DNA of 59,119 bases, filler included, from Sphacelaria rigidula (GCA_964200075.2; 7 parts of 7 records of this genome joined end to end with filler, not necessarily neighbours in it); one strand, 5' to 3'; counted from the first letter of the whole stretch, positions 25,783 through 38,937 are shown. The notes: generated from the letters alone by a model not told the origin. Made by a program: numbers and translations.

Positions 25783-26181
25783 CCTGTAAAAACACTACTT
25801 CGATCCTTGGTCGTCGTTTTACGCCCTAAAAGAGAGCTACACGGATTTCACACCTTGGAATGACTTGCTGTACTCGTTCAGGCGGTTCCAGGACATGCTC
25901 GCGTTTCCCGGTGGCCGAAGTTTTTATTTTGGCCACAGAGGCATTTTTGTCCAGAGACGGTCAAGTTCAGAGAAAAAATGACAGTTTTTTCTAGATTTGA
26001 TCGTTCATGACAGTTCTTGGACAAAAATCAAGTTTAGCCACAACAAAAACTGCGACCACCGGACAACGCGAAGATATTCGAGAACCGTCTCAACGAGTAT
26101 AGCAAGTCATTCCCAGTTGCCAAACTCCGCCTAGCTCTCTTTTGGGGCGTAAAATGAAGCACCAACAAAATATTTTACAGG
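25783..26181. mobile_element. Diverged fold-back MITE (~150-bp inverted arms)
   Basis: CCTGTAAAA...TTTTACGCCCTAAAAGAGAGCTA...GAATGACTTGCT mirrored by AGCAAGTCATTC...TAGCTCTCTTTTGGGGCGTAAAA...TTTTACAGG. Confidence 0.65.
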
Positions 26182-27575
26182 ACTTCTTTTTGTTTGCTAT
26201 AATGAGGAGCGGCCTTGAATCGAAAAATTATGTGGGTCCTCTACTCTGAGGCGGGGTATTATCGAAAGTGATGATCACTTTTCAAAACATCACGTTGGGA
26301 GAAGTGATTGCCCCCACAACGACCAGTGCTGAGTCTTCTCGACAAGCAGTGTTGTTCAGATCGAAGCCCAGATCTGCACACAAGTGCCAAAATGCGGCGG
26401 TTCTGGAAGTGGCCGTTAGTCCAATATCTCTGAACTGCTGCAAACAGGACGCAACGAGGAACAGTAGAGTTTAACGTTCAATGACTTTGGGCTACAAATG
26501 TTCACGGTTGATATTACTTGATTTGAGGGTGTACAACGAGATTCGGAATTTCAGTAGGGCTGAGAGTCGCGGGTGCTCCTCGCGTGCGCAGAACGTGTTT
26601 TCGTTTAAATCGGCGAAGGCGCCGATTTGGGGTCTACCAAGGCCGCACTTTGCCTGGGGAATGTATGTACCGCCCTTGCCCGAGGGTTCTCGGTATGCTT
26701 TGGGTTAGGGTTAGGGGTAGGGGTAGGGGTAGCGATACTTGTAAAATTATGTCAACCATGAGCATTTGTAGCCCAACGCCGGTAGACTAGCCCCAACCCT
26801 GGTCAACTAGCCTCACGAGGTAACACAGCGCCGACACACCGAGCTACGGAAGCCCACGCATCGACACCCACCATTCATGCGTATTAGCTCAAGCGCTAGC
26901 TCTCAATCATCTACACACCGCAGTCTTTGACGGAAATCCGTCCAATATTGGACGAGAGGCCGCCGCATGCACGTCAAATTACAACCGACAACACGCCGTT
27001 GCTGACTGTGAGCGTATGCTGTGCGCGTCTCACGCAAATCACCATTTCTCACTGAATTTTGAACCGATTTGAGCAAGGTCATGCACAGCATGCTCAGCCG
27101 ATGAGCAGCAATGGATGGAGCAGTGTGTTTTGCTTTGCAAGCACGATGAGGTCCTCAGGTTCGCGTTTGCTCGTGTCGTCTTGTCTGTCAAGCCTTTGGT
27201 TATGCCCCTGTAAACGGGACGTTTCATGTTCCCGTCCGTTCGAGGTGTCACAAAATATGTAGTGTTCAGTATGAAAGCGTGTTCGCGGAGCCGTGTACGA
27301 ATTCTGACGATGTGGGACGTACGTGCAGAAAAAATATATACGTGCTGTTATATGCTGTACGTTGTCTGCCCCGTTTCTCTGCTTCAGTACCGCTGCCAGT
27401 AGAAAGGTTGGCCATCGCAGCTGGCATGCCGCAGCTGCCAGACACGCGAGTACAGATAGTGTCACCAGCAACGAGTAGCCTTCAACTTTCAGCGGCCTAC
27501 TTGTTCAAGCAGCACAAGCAGGTAGGAGTACGTAAGAGCTAGCGCGCTTCGAAGAGGACTGATCGAATTAACATC

Positions 27576-29020
27576 ATGTCCGGCATAGGCGGGGGTGCGG
27601 CTCAAGCAGACGGAGAGGAACACCTGGCACCGTCTAGAGCGGGCATACCTGGGGTAGGGGCCGGCGGACTTCCCATAAGCGGCGGCGAGAGCCAGGCACA
27701 ACACGACGGCGAGGTGGTGGTTTTGCGTAGTAACCCACACGCGGCAGCGGCAGCGGCAGCCGCGGGCGCAAACGACCAACCTGAGAGCATACCGCAAGCG
27801 CCCGTGATGTCCCAGCAGGCATTCCAACAACATATGCTGGCCGCATTGGCACAGCTGACCAACCGCCTGCAGGCAGTCGAGAAGAACCATCAGTCGCAGC
27901 CGCTACAACTCGCCGCAGGCGCACTTACAGCAACCTCAACTACAGATCGGGGACAGGGGGCAACAACCCCCACACCCACAGAGATCAGCAGGTGGCGCTC
28001 AAGCGGCAGCACAACGGACCGCGGCCGAACAGACGGGCATTAAAGCAAACGAAAAACGTGCCGTCGACTCGTGGCGTGAGACCACCGGACCCATGGTTTT
28101 TTCTCTTGAGGGGAGGTTTTGACGTGAATGAAAAACTCATCTTCCACCTCCGACAACTACTGCTCAAGAAGGTGGCGCACGTTACGCAGGCATCCGCCCA
28201 TCAGCTGCAACATTTGGCCAATTTCCAGACAACGGACTTTAAAAAACCGGTGCCACTAGGCTCGACCCCTATAGACATGCCGGCCGATGTGCACTTTCGC
28301 ACGAGCGTCACGTCCCTGTTCACGGTTTTGTTCACCCCCATGGAGCACGCTCCCGACCTGTGCAAGACACGCAGGCGCGCCCTCCAGCCGGAGTTCGAGT
28401 CAGTCTTCACCCAGGTACCGGAGTACACTGTATATCACTACACATCACTTTACTCGCATAGAGCGACGGTCCGAGCCATGCTTTTCACAGCCATGGACAC
28501 CGGCCTCGAGGAGTTTTTCTTCCGGGCGGCACTTCAGGCACAACACCTCGGCAGGGCGTACCCGGCCGCCGTCCCGTCGTCGACGGCGGGAGAGCCAGTA
28601 GCGGCGCCAGCTTTTACACAACTGAAAGCCCTCATCGCCGAGGACGGGCCCAACTGCCTCGTCGAGAAAATCTGCACTCTGGCCGGTCGGGGAGGGAAAA
28701 ACTCAACAAGAAACGAAAAGCGACGTCGCCGGCAGGCAACGCAGCTCCGCCGCCTTCGAGCAACACCACCCTGGCTAGACCCCCGTCGACCTGCGCACAG
28801 AAACAAACTCAGTGGCAAATCGCAAATGATGTTTGTGTTTACCACTGGCAAAAATCGACCGTGTACGCCGACAAACTGCCGCTTCTCTCATGACATCGTC
28901 TTTGCACTGGCAACCGGACAGGCGCAGGCTACGCTGGCGCCGACAGCGTTGGCGTCGGCTCAAAGCGATAACACCCCCACCGCCGCCCCCGGCAACCCCG
29001 TTTCGTTATACAATACGTAA
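27576..29020 (+). pseudogene. gag-like ORF1 with CCCH zinc finger (frameshifted)
   Basis: ORFs 27576-28043 and 27992-29020; DVCVYHWQ/RPCTPTNCRFSH near 28825-28892. Confidence 0.65.
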
Positions 29021-29565
29021 CCACCCGCTCTGCGGCAGCAGCAACCGACTCCCGACCCGACACCGGTAGCTCGCTTCTTCCCCAGCTACGGAGGGTGCGG
29101 CGGCGAAAAGGGGGGAGGCACCGCCGGCGGGAGAGGAAACGGGAGCGAGTGAGGGCGCCGGCTCCGCCCACAGGCAGGGCCGACATCGACAGGAGAAGCG
29201 GGTAGCGACGTGAACACGACGTTTGCGGACGCCTCTAAGTCCGTGGGACTTATCGGGGCAACTTCACCTGGGTCGGTCCCGGCGACCGTGTTTCATGGTG
29301 AGCCAAGTCGCGAGCAGACAGGGGTAGCGGTGCCTTGCGGCCCGGGTTGTGAGCAGATGGGGAATCGGGGTTACGAAAGAAACGGGGTATCAGTGAGCCC
29401 TCGCTAGTATGTCGCGTCAGTTAGTGCGGGACATGATCGCGTAGCCCACCAGATAGCAGACACCCAATCAGTTTCGCTCACACAGGGGGCCGGCGTAGCG
29501 CCACCGACAACATTAGCCCCCTGGCACGTTGGAACAAGCCATGCCAGTTTCGCGTGCATCGGGCA

Positions 29566-29754
29566 CCAGTTAACCCATCCGTGACCATGGGGCCACTTAC
29601 CCCTTCAGTGACCATGAGGCCACTTACCCCTTTACTGACCATGGGGCCAGTTCCCCCATCAGTGACCATCGGGTTAGTTACCACCTCAGTGAATACGGGT
29701 CCAGTTACCCCTTCAGCGACTCAGGGACCCGTTACCCCGCTGGTAATTCCTCGA
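29566..29754 (+). repeat. 27-bp tandem repeat x7 (PVTPSVTMG-like)
   Basis: CCAGTTACCCCTTCAGTGACCATGGGG-type units. Confidence 0.85.
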
Positions 29755-30141
29755 CTGACCAAGGAGCCAGTAGTTCCGCGTTCGGTGTAGAACAGAAAAC
29801 AGGCGTATCACATGTTTGTTTTCAGTCTAGCGAGTCGGCGGCGGTGCCGCCTCCTATTGGTGGGGAGGAGTCGGGACAGTCGGACGCTGAACTAGTAGCA
29901 CTGCGGTACTCAATAAAAGGAGAGTTAGAAAAACCAGGCATCTCAGCCAAGTAAAAGGAAGAAATACTCGACAGACTCGCAAATATCTGAACGCGCATCA
30001 CAAAAAAACACGGTGGACGCATTGGGGATGTCGCAGGGTTCATCGATGGACCTTCAGTCACGCTGCCGGTAGACCCGCGCGAGATCAGGAAGTTTTCGCT
30101 GAGAAAAAGGGTTTCCGCTGACAGACGAACTCTTTACTATC

Positions 30142-32036
30142 GTGTCCACAGGGGTCCCAGTCGGCGCGACAGTCACTGCATCCCCCCCGCAAGAGAACCT
30201 CGACCGCGCACTACAATATTGCAATCACAGTAGCGCACGCGACCAGTTACCGGAAATAGGGGGGAAACTGGGAGACGACGTACGCAGGGGCAGGTGTTTG
30301 ATAGTCGAAAATACGGCTGCCCAGAAAATCCCGAACCTACAATTGTCGCCCCTGGGAGCGGTAAGCACACACAAAGTCCGCATAATCAACGATTTGTCTT
30401 TTGACGCACAACGCGCTCGGAAAACAAAAGGAGAGCTGAAAGGTGACACAAACCCTGACGACGTGCCGGCCTGTTTGTGCGGAGAAGCGCTGCAGAAGTT
30501 CCAAAAACAGCTTATTTCGTTGCGGTGAAAACACCCCAAAAAACGCATACTAATAGCAAAGGCAGAAGTATCGGGTGCGTTCCGTAATGTGAGGAAAGAT
30601 CCAGACCGCGCCCATCAATTCGGCTACGTTGTGGATAACCTGGTAGTGTGTGCCTTCCGGCTCACGTTCGGCTGGTCGGGCTCGCGGAGTTTCTGGGGAG
30701 TGTTGGCATCGATTGCAGAACACGCCCACTGCAACACAAATATCAACAACGCGGCTTTACTGCCAGAAGGCAAGGAGATGACAGCTCATGTGGAGATAGT
30801 CGATAGGTGGGAAACGGGGGGGCCCACACCAATTCCAAAAGATTCAACGACCACCCCACACCCAGCAGGAGGTTTGTATGGCAACTCCTTCACTTCAGTG
30901 TATGTAGACGACTGCAGATTCGAGTACACCACTCCGATGACGACACGAGCGCATTGATCACGTCCGCGTCCCTCACATCCGACCACGTCAGACTCTTCGG
31001 CCACGGAGAAGAAGGTGTGAACCTAGCCCCTCCAAAGAGTACCGATTGGCATACTGAGATAGAGACGCTGGGCCTGACCGTTAACTCCCTCACTGTGCGG
31101 GTTTTCGTATCCCGCGAGAAGGTTGAGGCGCTCCGACAAGCATTGCTGACCGAGTGGCCCCCCACTCGACGGTCAGCGACAGCTAGACAAATACTGAGCC
31201 TGGCAGGAAAGCTGTGGAACCTCACACACGCAATACGATCAGGTATTTCGTGTGGAGGACTCTGCGACTGGCAGGGCTCCACGATTCTAGAGCAAGTGAC
31301 AATCAGAGCCGTACGGCAGAGATAGGCCAAGAATTTCACGCTGACCTGAAATTCTGGAAGTGGGCGATCGAGACCAAACCCCTGCAGCATGGTGAATCCC
31401 TGAGCGCGAGCGCCCTGCTACTCGATAGCAAAGCGACCCCCCCACCGACACTACCTTTCGGACGCAAGTTTCGAAGCCGTAGGTGGGCACTGCCCAAGAA
31501 AAAGAACGTACTGGAGATACGATCCACCACCGGAACTTACCGCAGAACTCAAAAAAACAGCTCAATTTCGCGAAACATGCACGATTACCATTAACCTCCT
31601 GGAACTCCTGGGGATGGAAGTCACCGCCTAGATCATGCTCGAATTGATACATGACAAACCAGAAAATCAGGGCGACACAATCTTAATGCGCGGGAACAAC
31701 GTTGCAGTACTTACTTGGGTCAACCGGTGCGGGGGCGCAAAAGACAAACACGCAGGGTTACTCATGAGACCACTCGGGAGACTGGAAATTACGGGGGGGT
31801 GGAGCCACGAGGCAAAACAAATCCAAGGAAATCAGAAAGTACTAGCCGATGGAATTTCACGCTGGCCACGAGCGGAGCTAGACAGACGAGTAAGGAAGGA
31901 CACCAACGATAGTAACTGGTCAGAACAAGCCATCGGACCACAGGGAGAGAGCATCTTCCACACCATCCTACAAACCAAGAATACCACAGTCCGGCACGAC
32001 AAAACGCTGTGGTCGGGCATGATGGAACCAAGTTGA
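30142..32036 (+). pseudogene. DIRS-type reverse transcriptase and RNase H
   Basis: LSPLGAV..KVRIINDLS, KAEVSGAFRNV, FRLTFGWSGS, VYVDD, SLAGKLW, SDASFEAVGG, INLLELLG, GNNVAVLTW, LADGISR; stops and frameshifts. Confidence 0.9.
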
Positions 32037-32244
32037 CGATGTAACCGTCCACGAAACGAAATGTATCAACCTCGAAAAATAATCACACCGCAGACATCAA
32101 ATATATATATACAGCTACCTGCACATAAAATCCATGCCACCCCGCATGCGACAGAGCTGGGTGTGAGGTCACTAGGTGAGACATCCTGCCCTCGCCCCAT
32201 CCCCTCCTTAATGCAGGAACAGGAGAAACCGGGGAGCATAGCCG

Positions 32245-32333
32245 CCGACGCGCCCGGTGGTGTAATGGTCCGACTGTCGCCATTAGGGTGGAGAGAATGA
32301 GGATTCGATTCCCGATGCGTTGGGTTTTCTTTT
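32245..32333 (+). ncRNA. tRNA-like / Pol III promoter module between RNase H and YR
   Basis: A box TGGTGTAATGGT (32258-32269), B box GGATTCGATTCC (32301-32312), closing stem CCGACGCG/TGCGTTGG, T-run TTTTCTTTT; not a canonical cloverleaf. Confidence 0.5.
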
Positions 32334-32574
32334 CGAAATATCTTATTTCCACTTTTAAAAGCGTGAGAACGTGAGTAAACGAAGTAGTCCACTGAGATTG
32401 TTTGACGTGAGTTGACGCGGTGCGGGAGTGCTGATCCAACCCGCGAGATCAAAACGCAAGGCGCGTACCGGGGAGAGATGGGCTGGTCCCTTGAGACGAC
32501 GAGCTCGTCCCGAGGAAGGGAGGTGTTTAAAAGGGCGACAAAAAAATGAACAACAAATAAGTAAAAACAGCAGG

Positions 32575-33620
32575 GAGGGAGTGGCGCATTTGTTTCGGGG
32601 ACTGGTGCTGGATGCGTTGGGGGTAGCACCTGCGAAACGTATAAGGCGCGTTTTGAAGCGTGGAAAAAGATGCACAATGCACAAGGAAAATCACCATGGG
32701 TGACTGAAAACGATAACCCGGATGACGTGATCAATGCACTGACGGAATTCATGGCAATGCGATGTTTCGTACACAAACAACCAACAATCCACCATAAGAG
32801 GGTACCTTGCCACCATCAAGTATTTTCATCAAGTATTTTCACAAAGCATATGTCGGATGGGATTTACCTACAACGCACGGCAGGATTCGGGCTGAAGGAA
32901 AAGGGATTGATAGAGCACACCGATCGACTGAAGGGAAACCACGCATCAGTCGGCCGTTGACTTGGGCATTGCTAAAACAAGGGCGACATACAATAATCGA
33001 GGACCCAGGTGGTGGTCACGTTCTGTGGCTTGGTCTCGCGCTATCGTTTTTTTTGCTGTGGAGGGCATCCGAGTTGTGGATGTACTCCGACGGTACCGTA
33101 CACCCAGTGTTGCATCAGTTTTTTCCCGAGGAGGGGTACAGTTAGATTTCGCGAGCCGCGCATTTGCGAACCAAGTGCATTTTCGTTATGTTGCCTCCAA
33201 ATCCGACCAAAAAAGGACAGGTTGCATCATCACGAGAACAAGGATGGTTGACTCGATTCGATCGGGTTGAGTACCGGCGGGCGGGTTCGAGGCGCTGTTG
33301 GATTTGTTGGACGTGCACCCACAACTGCTGGGCCATGCACCTCTGACCACGAGAGCCACACCGACGGGATGGAAGGCGTTTACCCGGATGGAAGGGGTAA
33401 CGGCGTTAAGAACCATGGTCGGTCCTGCTGGTAGAGATCCGTCTCAATACGCTTTTCGGCAGGATAGGTGGGGCCACACAACTAGCGGCTCGGAATCCCC
33501 CAACTGCAGATTCAACGAGCAGGGCGGTGGAGGTCGAGGGCGTTTATGGTATATGTCAGGGAGGCGGGAGAGGGCGCAGAGGGTGTATTCGCCGCGCTGG
33601 GGGAACAGAGGGTAGGGTAG
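32575..33620 (+). pseudogene. Tyrosine recombinase
   Basis: SFFLLWRASEL, ASKSDQKRTG, RIGGATQLAA, IQRAGRWRSRAFMVYVR (R...K...R...W...Y catalytic pattern); frameshifted. Confidence 0.88.
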
Positions 33621-33741
33621 CCAGATGTTCAAGGACAGTGTTAACAAGATACGCAACGGCAAATCAGGCTTGCCTGCAGTGTTGCACATCGAATATCGAT
33701 AATCGATATGATTTCGATAAATATCGGCGATATGCCATATC

Positions 33742-33841
33742 NNNNNNNNNNNNNNNNNNNNNNNNNNNNNNNNNNNNNNNNNNNNTTAATTAATTAANNN
33801 NNNNNNNNNNNNNNNNNNNNNNNNNNNNNNNNNNNNNNNNN
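33742..33841. other. Artificial contig spacer
   Basis: N44-TTAATTAATTAA-N44. Confidence 0.98.
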
Positions 33842-33897
33842 CAGGGTTTGTGTGAGGGAGAGTGAGAGCGCCGGAGTGCCGCGGGGGCTGAGGTGAT

Positions 33898-33950
<53 letters not shown>

Positions 33951-34508
33951 ATGCACTGCGCAATATATGACCTTAACCACGGAACCAGATTCTGCGAAAA
34001 AAGAGCATATATATGTTGGGATTCGAACTCGTGGCCTCCGTAACTGGAGTCTCCTGCATCGCTTGGATTACGGGGACGCAGCGATATCACACAAAACGTG
34101 CGAAGCCGGGCCCAAGTTACAGGAATTTTTAGCTAAAATATTTCTCGCATCTACTCGCAATTAGTACGCGCATTATTTGCAGGGATGCTGCCGGGTTTTT
34201 TTTCACGAACTTATGACATTTTCCGGTTTTTGCTGAAATCTCAGTCGCTCTTTTTTCATTTTTTTATTCCCCTGGCATCCCCGGAAATGTTGTGCGTGTT
34301 GATTTTAATCAATGTCGTATCAAGTTTTCAGCGCCTAGCTCCTCACGTTGAGCACAGCATCCCCCGATTACCGACGAGAACTACTGTTAGTTGGCCCAGC
34401 TCGTCGTGTATATCCGGGACAACTAACATGCAATTTTTAAGTTTGAGGATAGAGCTTTTCCTCGAGGATAGAGCTGTTTCATTGATGACGGGGCATGTTC
34501 TTGAGAGT

Positions 34509-34673
34509 TGTAACCAAATGATACCAAGCCGTAGGTTTCAGTACAATCGCATGCATGATTGGAGCAGCGGCAGGGGACATGGGATCCTGGATTGATGACC
34601 CTCATCTGTGTGGCCCCTTGCTGTCTTGCTCGTGATCTGTTGAGCATAACTCCGTGAGAATAACAAGTTAGAA
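34509..34673 (+). repeat. 5' LTR (alignable part)
   Basis: Starts TGTAACC; about 21 mismatches in ~165 bp against 38938-39103; true 3' end uncertain. Confidence 0.8.
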
Positions 34674-36283
34674 GAAAGGGCTTGTCAAGCACGAGGCCAG
34701 TGATACTGGAGGAGTCCCTCGTTGAAAGTCCTCTTGTCCAGATCGTCTGGCAGAGGCTATAATATCTAGGTATTATTCTTGTCGGCACTCTGTTGGAGGA
34801 GTTTGGCTGAGGGGAAGGGGACGCAGTTGGAAGCAGTTTGGCCCGCAGACGGAAGGAGACAACTTGAAACGCACAGTAGTGGAGGATGCTCCGTGGGCTG
34901 GAGGACACACGAGTCAGGCAAGAGTATTTCCGTGAAGTGTTTGAATCCTAGACGACATGGCTCAAGTGGCGGCAGCGCCGCTGGTTTCAAGTGAGCCGCT
35001 AGACCCGCCAAAGTACGCGGCGAGGTATGGACCGAGGAAGCAACAGTTTTCCGCCGCATTTCTCGATTACGAAGAGAAGTTGTACCTTGAAAATGCCCAA
35101 GAAGTTGTGAGGCATGCCACGGTGAGCATAGGTCAACTCATCCCTACATACATTCATCGGTGCTTTGAAGGCATGCACAAGGACCGTCGTGCTATGACCC
35201 CAAGGAATTGCTAGATGCTGTGAAGCAGCATGCCGGGTACACCACAACCGGTGGCAAACACAATACTGCGCGGCTGCAGCAGACCTGCGCAGAGTCCTTA
35301 CAATGCAGCAAAGCGGTGGAACATCCGTCAAGGATAGAGCGATGATGGTTAACTCATCTATGGAAAAGCTTCTCGCTGAAAATCTCACAGTGCAAGCCAT
35401 GTACCGTGCGGAGGAGAGGAGCTGGTTGCCAGGCCCGACCGAGTCGGTTCCACAGCTTTGGTGGACGGAAATCGCCTCCGGGATTCAAGGCGTACATTAG
35501 ACACGTCCTGACGTATGTAGCCGGCTGGAAGAAGAATTCAACGGTGGCTTCAACAAGATATTTGATGCCGCCGACCACTGGAAGCTCATTGAGGCGCATG
35601 GCCGACGCGATTCTGCGGCAAGTGCAGGTGGTACGCGCCGCAAACAACAAAAATAACAACAGAAACACAGCAGCCGTCTTCGCGAGCGTCGTCCGCTCGC
35701 GCATGTTACAATTACGGTGGCAACGAACACCCGATGAATGATTACCTCAAGCCTCGCGTTCAAGGCGCTGCTCAAGGAAATACCCGAGATTCAGGATCTT
35801 CCGGCGGTCGCAACAGTGGACAGGGCCGTGCCAACGATGGACGCGGGGGCGGCGGCCGCGGTAGCAAGCGATCGACGGCGGATGGTGGTTCCTCCGCTGC
35901 TGTTTCTTCCACTAAGTCATCAGGTGGTGACTCTGGATCTTTTGGTTCGTCCGTGTCGGGGCGGACAGTGTACGTGGGAATTGCAAATACTTCGGCGAGG
36001 AGTGGTGAAGCGAATAGGTCGCAACCCCTCGGCCAGGCAGGGTCCGTGTCTGGTGGATTTTCTACTGCTGCGACAGCTATAACAGCGCCGTCTGCACATT
36101 CGGCGACGTGGTCTGGCTGGACCAACGATTCACAATTATCGATGCCAAGTACTGGAGCGCAGCCCTGGCGTCAGGTGACTCTTGGTACCGGCTAGGGTTC
36201 ATCGGCAGCTGTGGTGCCTGTCGATTGCAATGCAGAGTGTTGACGCGCCGATCTTTCCTCGCCTGGTTCTGTAGGTTAATCCC

Positions 36284-38840
36284 ATGGCCCGCGTTATTCT
36301 GGATTCTGGGTCCGCGCTCACGTCGATCGGTGTGGGGTTTCTGGAACAAAAGGTCTTCGCAGTTTGGCGGCGCTCAGCTGCAGATTCCGTCCGAAGTGGA
36401 CCACAAACGGCACAGACCGCCACGGGTGCTCCCGTGATGGTAATACATGAAAAGGTGCCGATTGCTGTTGGCGTGCGTATGCCGTGGGGAACTGTGGAGT
36501 TGCAGCCCATCACGTTTGCTGTCATTCCTGGTAGAGACAATATGGTTCTGTCTGGGATGGCGACGATGAAGGAGCTCGGTATCGATTTGTACCCGCTGGC
36601 GTTGATAAGTTACGCCAGCGTGCTGTGCCGGTGCAAACCGGCGTGGAAAACCCCATCTATCTTGCTGCAAGGCATGTAACCGTATCCATATGGTATTTCC
36701 AGAGCGCCAATGAGGAAGAGGCTCCTGCGGATGAAGCGGTGGAGTGCTTGGTCGATCGGGGGCCCGACATACTCATGGACCCTGTGGAGGAGAGAGGTGC
36801 GAAGAACGTGCTCTAGAGGATAGCGTGCAGCAGGCCGAGCAGAAGGGCCTGAGCGCCGATGGTGCATATCGTATGCGTGATATTTTGGCTCGTCGCGTGG
36901 ATCCATTTCGTCGTGCGCTGCGTGGTGATCCGCCAGCTCGCGTGGAGCCCATGAGGGTGCAGCTCAAGTCACAGGCGAAGGCTGGGAAGACCAAGCCTCG
37001 TCGTTACGAACCGATGAAGACCGGGTGGCTTGCTTTATGCATCGCAGCTTTGGTGGCATTTGGTTTGTTGGTTAGGAACATTCAGGCTGCGTGGGCGAGT
37101 CCGGCGATGGCGGTGGCGAAGCGGGACACATTTCATTTGGTCAGCGACTACCAGGCGGTGAACGCGCCTTTGGAACAGTCTCCGGGGGTGATGCCGAGCC
37201 AAGAAGACATGCGGAAGTCGCTAGAAGCCCGATGCTTCGGCAAGTTGGACCTGCTACAGGGGTACTGGCGGACGCCTCTGGCGCCAGAGGCTCAGGAGAT
37301 CTTCACGATCATCACGCCTGACGTTTGTTTTACGCCTACTGGTGTCCCACAGGGCGTGTTGAACGCCACGGCGTATTTCTAAGGTGTACTGACTGACATT
37401 TTGCGAATATCAAACTGTAGACTGTGGGTGGATGGCGTTTTCTGCTTTGCTGAAACTGAAGAAGCATTGTTAGCTTTGCTTGACAAAACTCTTGGCCGTC
37501 TGGAGAGTGTTGGTATGTTCGTCGCTGCCTGCGCATAAGTGCACCTTCTTTGCCCGCGAGGTGGATTGGTGTGGTAAGGTGTACCCCAAGGGTACTGTTT
37601 CGCATGATCCCGTCCGCATCCAAGGTTTGAGTAATATGCGACGTCCTCAAACAGCTAGTGAGCTGATGCAGTTTCTGCAGGCGGTGGATTGGTTGCGACC
37701 TTCTCTCCCGCGCATGGCGGAAGTAGTGGCGCCGCTTCGTGTGATTTTGGAACAACTTATGGTCGTAGGGGCTTCGCGTCAGACCAAGCGGGTCGCGCGT
37801 AATCGTATCATTCCGGGGGACGCTTGGACGGAGGATTGTGAGCGGGCATGGCATGCTGCGCAAGATTTGGTTGTGCAAGCGGTGCCGCTGTATCATCCTC
37901 GTTCAGGGTGCGTTGTTCTGATGTTTCCAGATGCTTTGGATTTCTACTGCGGTAGTTCTTTAATGCAAGTACCTGTCGCCGAGTTTAGTAGTGACATTGC
38001 GCTCGAAAACATGTCACACGAACCGTTGGCTTTTCTGAGTGGTAGCTTCAACGGTTCACAGTTGCGGTGGGCAACAGTGGACAAACAAAGTTTCGCGATA
38101 GTCGATACATTTCGAAGGCTAGAGTGCTTGCTTAGGGGTGGCGTTCGCATTTTCATCCACCACCGCAATCTGAAACACATTTTGAACCCCGAAGATAGTG
38201 TCACATCGGTGACGAAGGCCATGGCACGACGGCTTGAAAATTGAAAAGGAGTGCTCGGCCAATATCGGTATGCCATTGAACACATTCCTGTAGAGGGCAA
38301 TTAAGTGTAACGAAGTGCAAGCTGCTGCCGCGGTGTCTCGCGAAAACCAAACGCAAGCTTGCTCAGGGCCAGGCTGTGTTGCCCACGTTTGCAGTTGGAG
38401 ATTTCGTATGGTATGCCCGTGTTCGTAGGCAAGGTGTGACGCCCAAGTTGGTGTTTACATGAACAGGTCCGTGGCGAATGGTCGGAACCGATCACGCTCA
38501 CGTGTATTCGGTGCGGAATGTTGTTTCGGGCGCCGTACACTCGGCCCATGTCGCTCGTTTGCGTTTCTATGCTAACTCGCGGTCGCACCTCATTGCAGAA
38601 ATAAGATATATATTTCAGCATTCGTATGCTCAAGGTGAATGTCGGATAAATGCTTTGGTGCACGTTGCTGAGGATGACAATAGTGATGTCATTGTTTTGG
38701 TCGATTGGGACGGGTTCGGTGCGGAAGAACGTACGTGGTAGTTTCTTCGCAGGATTCATTCTTCTACGCCTGAAGTTGTTTTGAAGGAACTGCGTAAACT
38801 GCGGTTGACTCCGGAGCTGACAAGTAAATTAGCGTCCGAG
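36284..38840 (+). pseudogene. pol (PR-RT-RH-[IN core deleted]-chromodomain)
   Basis: ORF pieces 36284-36679, 36744-37382, 37480-38244, 38478-38741. Confidence 0.88.
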
Positions 38841-38937
38841 TATTTTTTTGTTTTCGTGATCTGGCGCATGCGATTTTGCCTTGTTTTTTGTTGGTTGTCA
38901 AGCTCGTTCGTCAGTCTTGAACTCGCTTTGAGGATGC

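Larger units (their letters stand above)
27576..33620 (+). mobile_element. Tyrosine-recombinase retrotransposon (DIRS order, Ngaro-like), decayed: gag, RT, RNase H, YR
   Basis: Co-oriented domains in gag-RT-RH-YR order; no DIRS-type methyltransferase seen; terminal repeats not identified. Confidence 0.88.

Noticed and set aside
32066-32776. 236-aa minus-strand ORF in the Ngaro spacer
   Set aside because: Antisense to YR and the tRNA-like module; no domain features.
33899-33949. Poly-G run giving a poly-Pro ORF / G-quadruplex
   Set aside because: Homopolymer near a contig end; length unreliable, ORF spurious.
33975-34080. Minus-strand B-box-like GAGTTCGAATCCC
   Set aside because: Probable degraded SINE head; not a tRNA gene and boundaries cannot be set.
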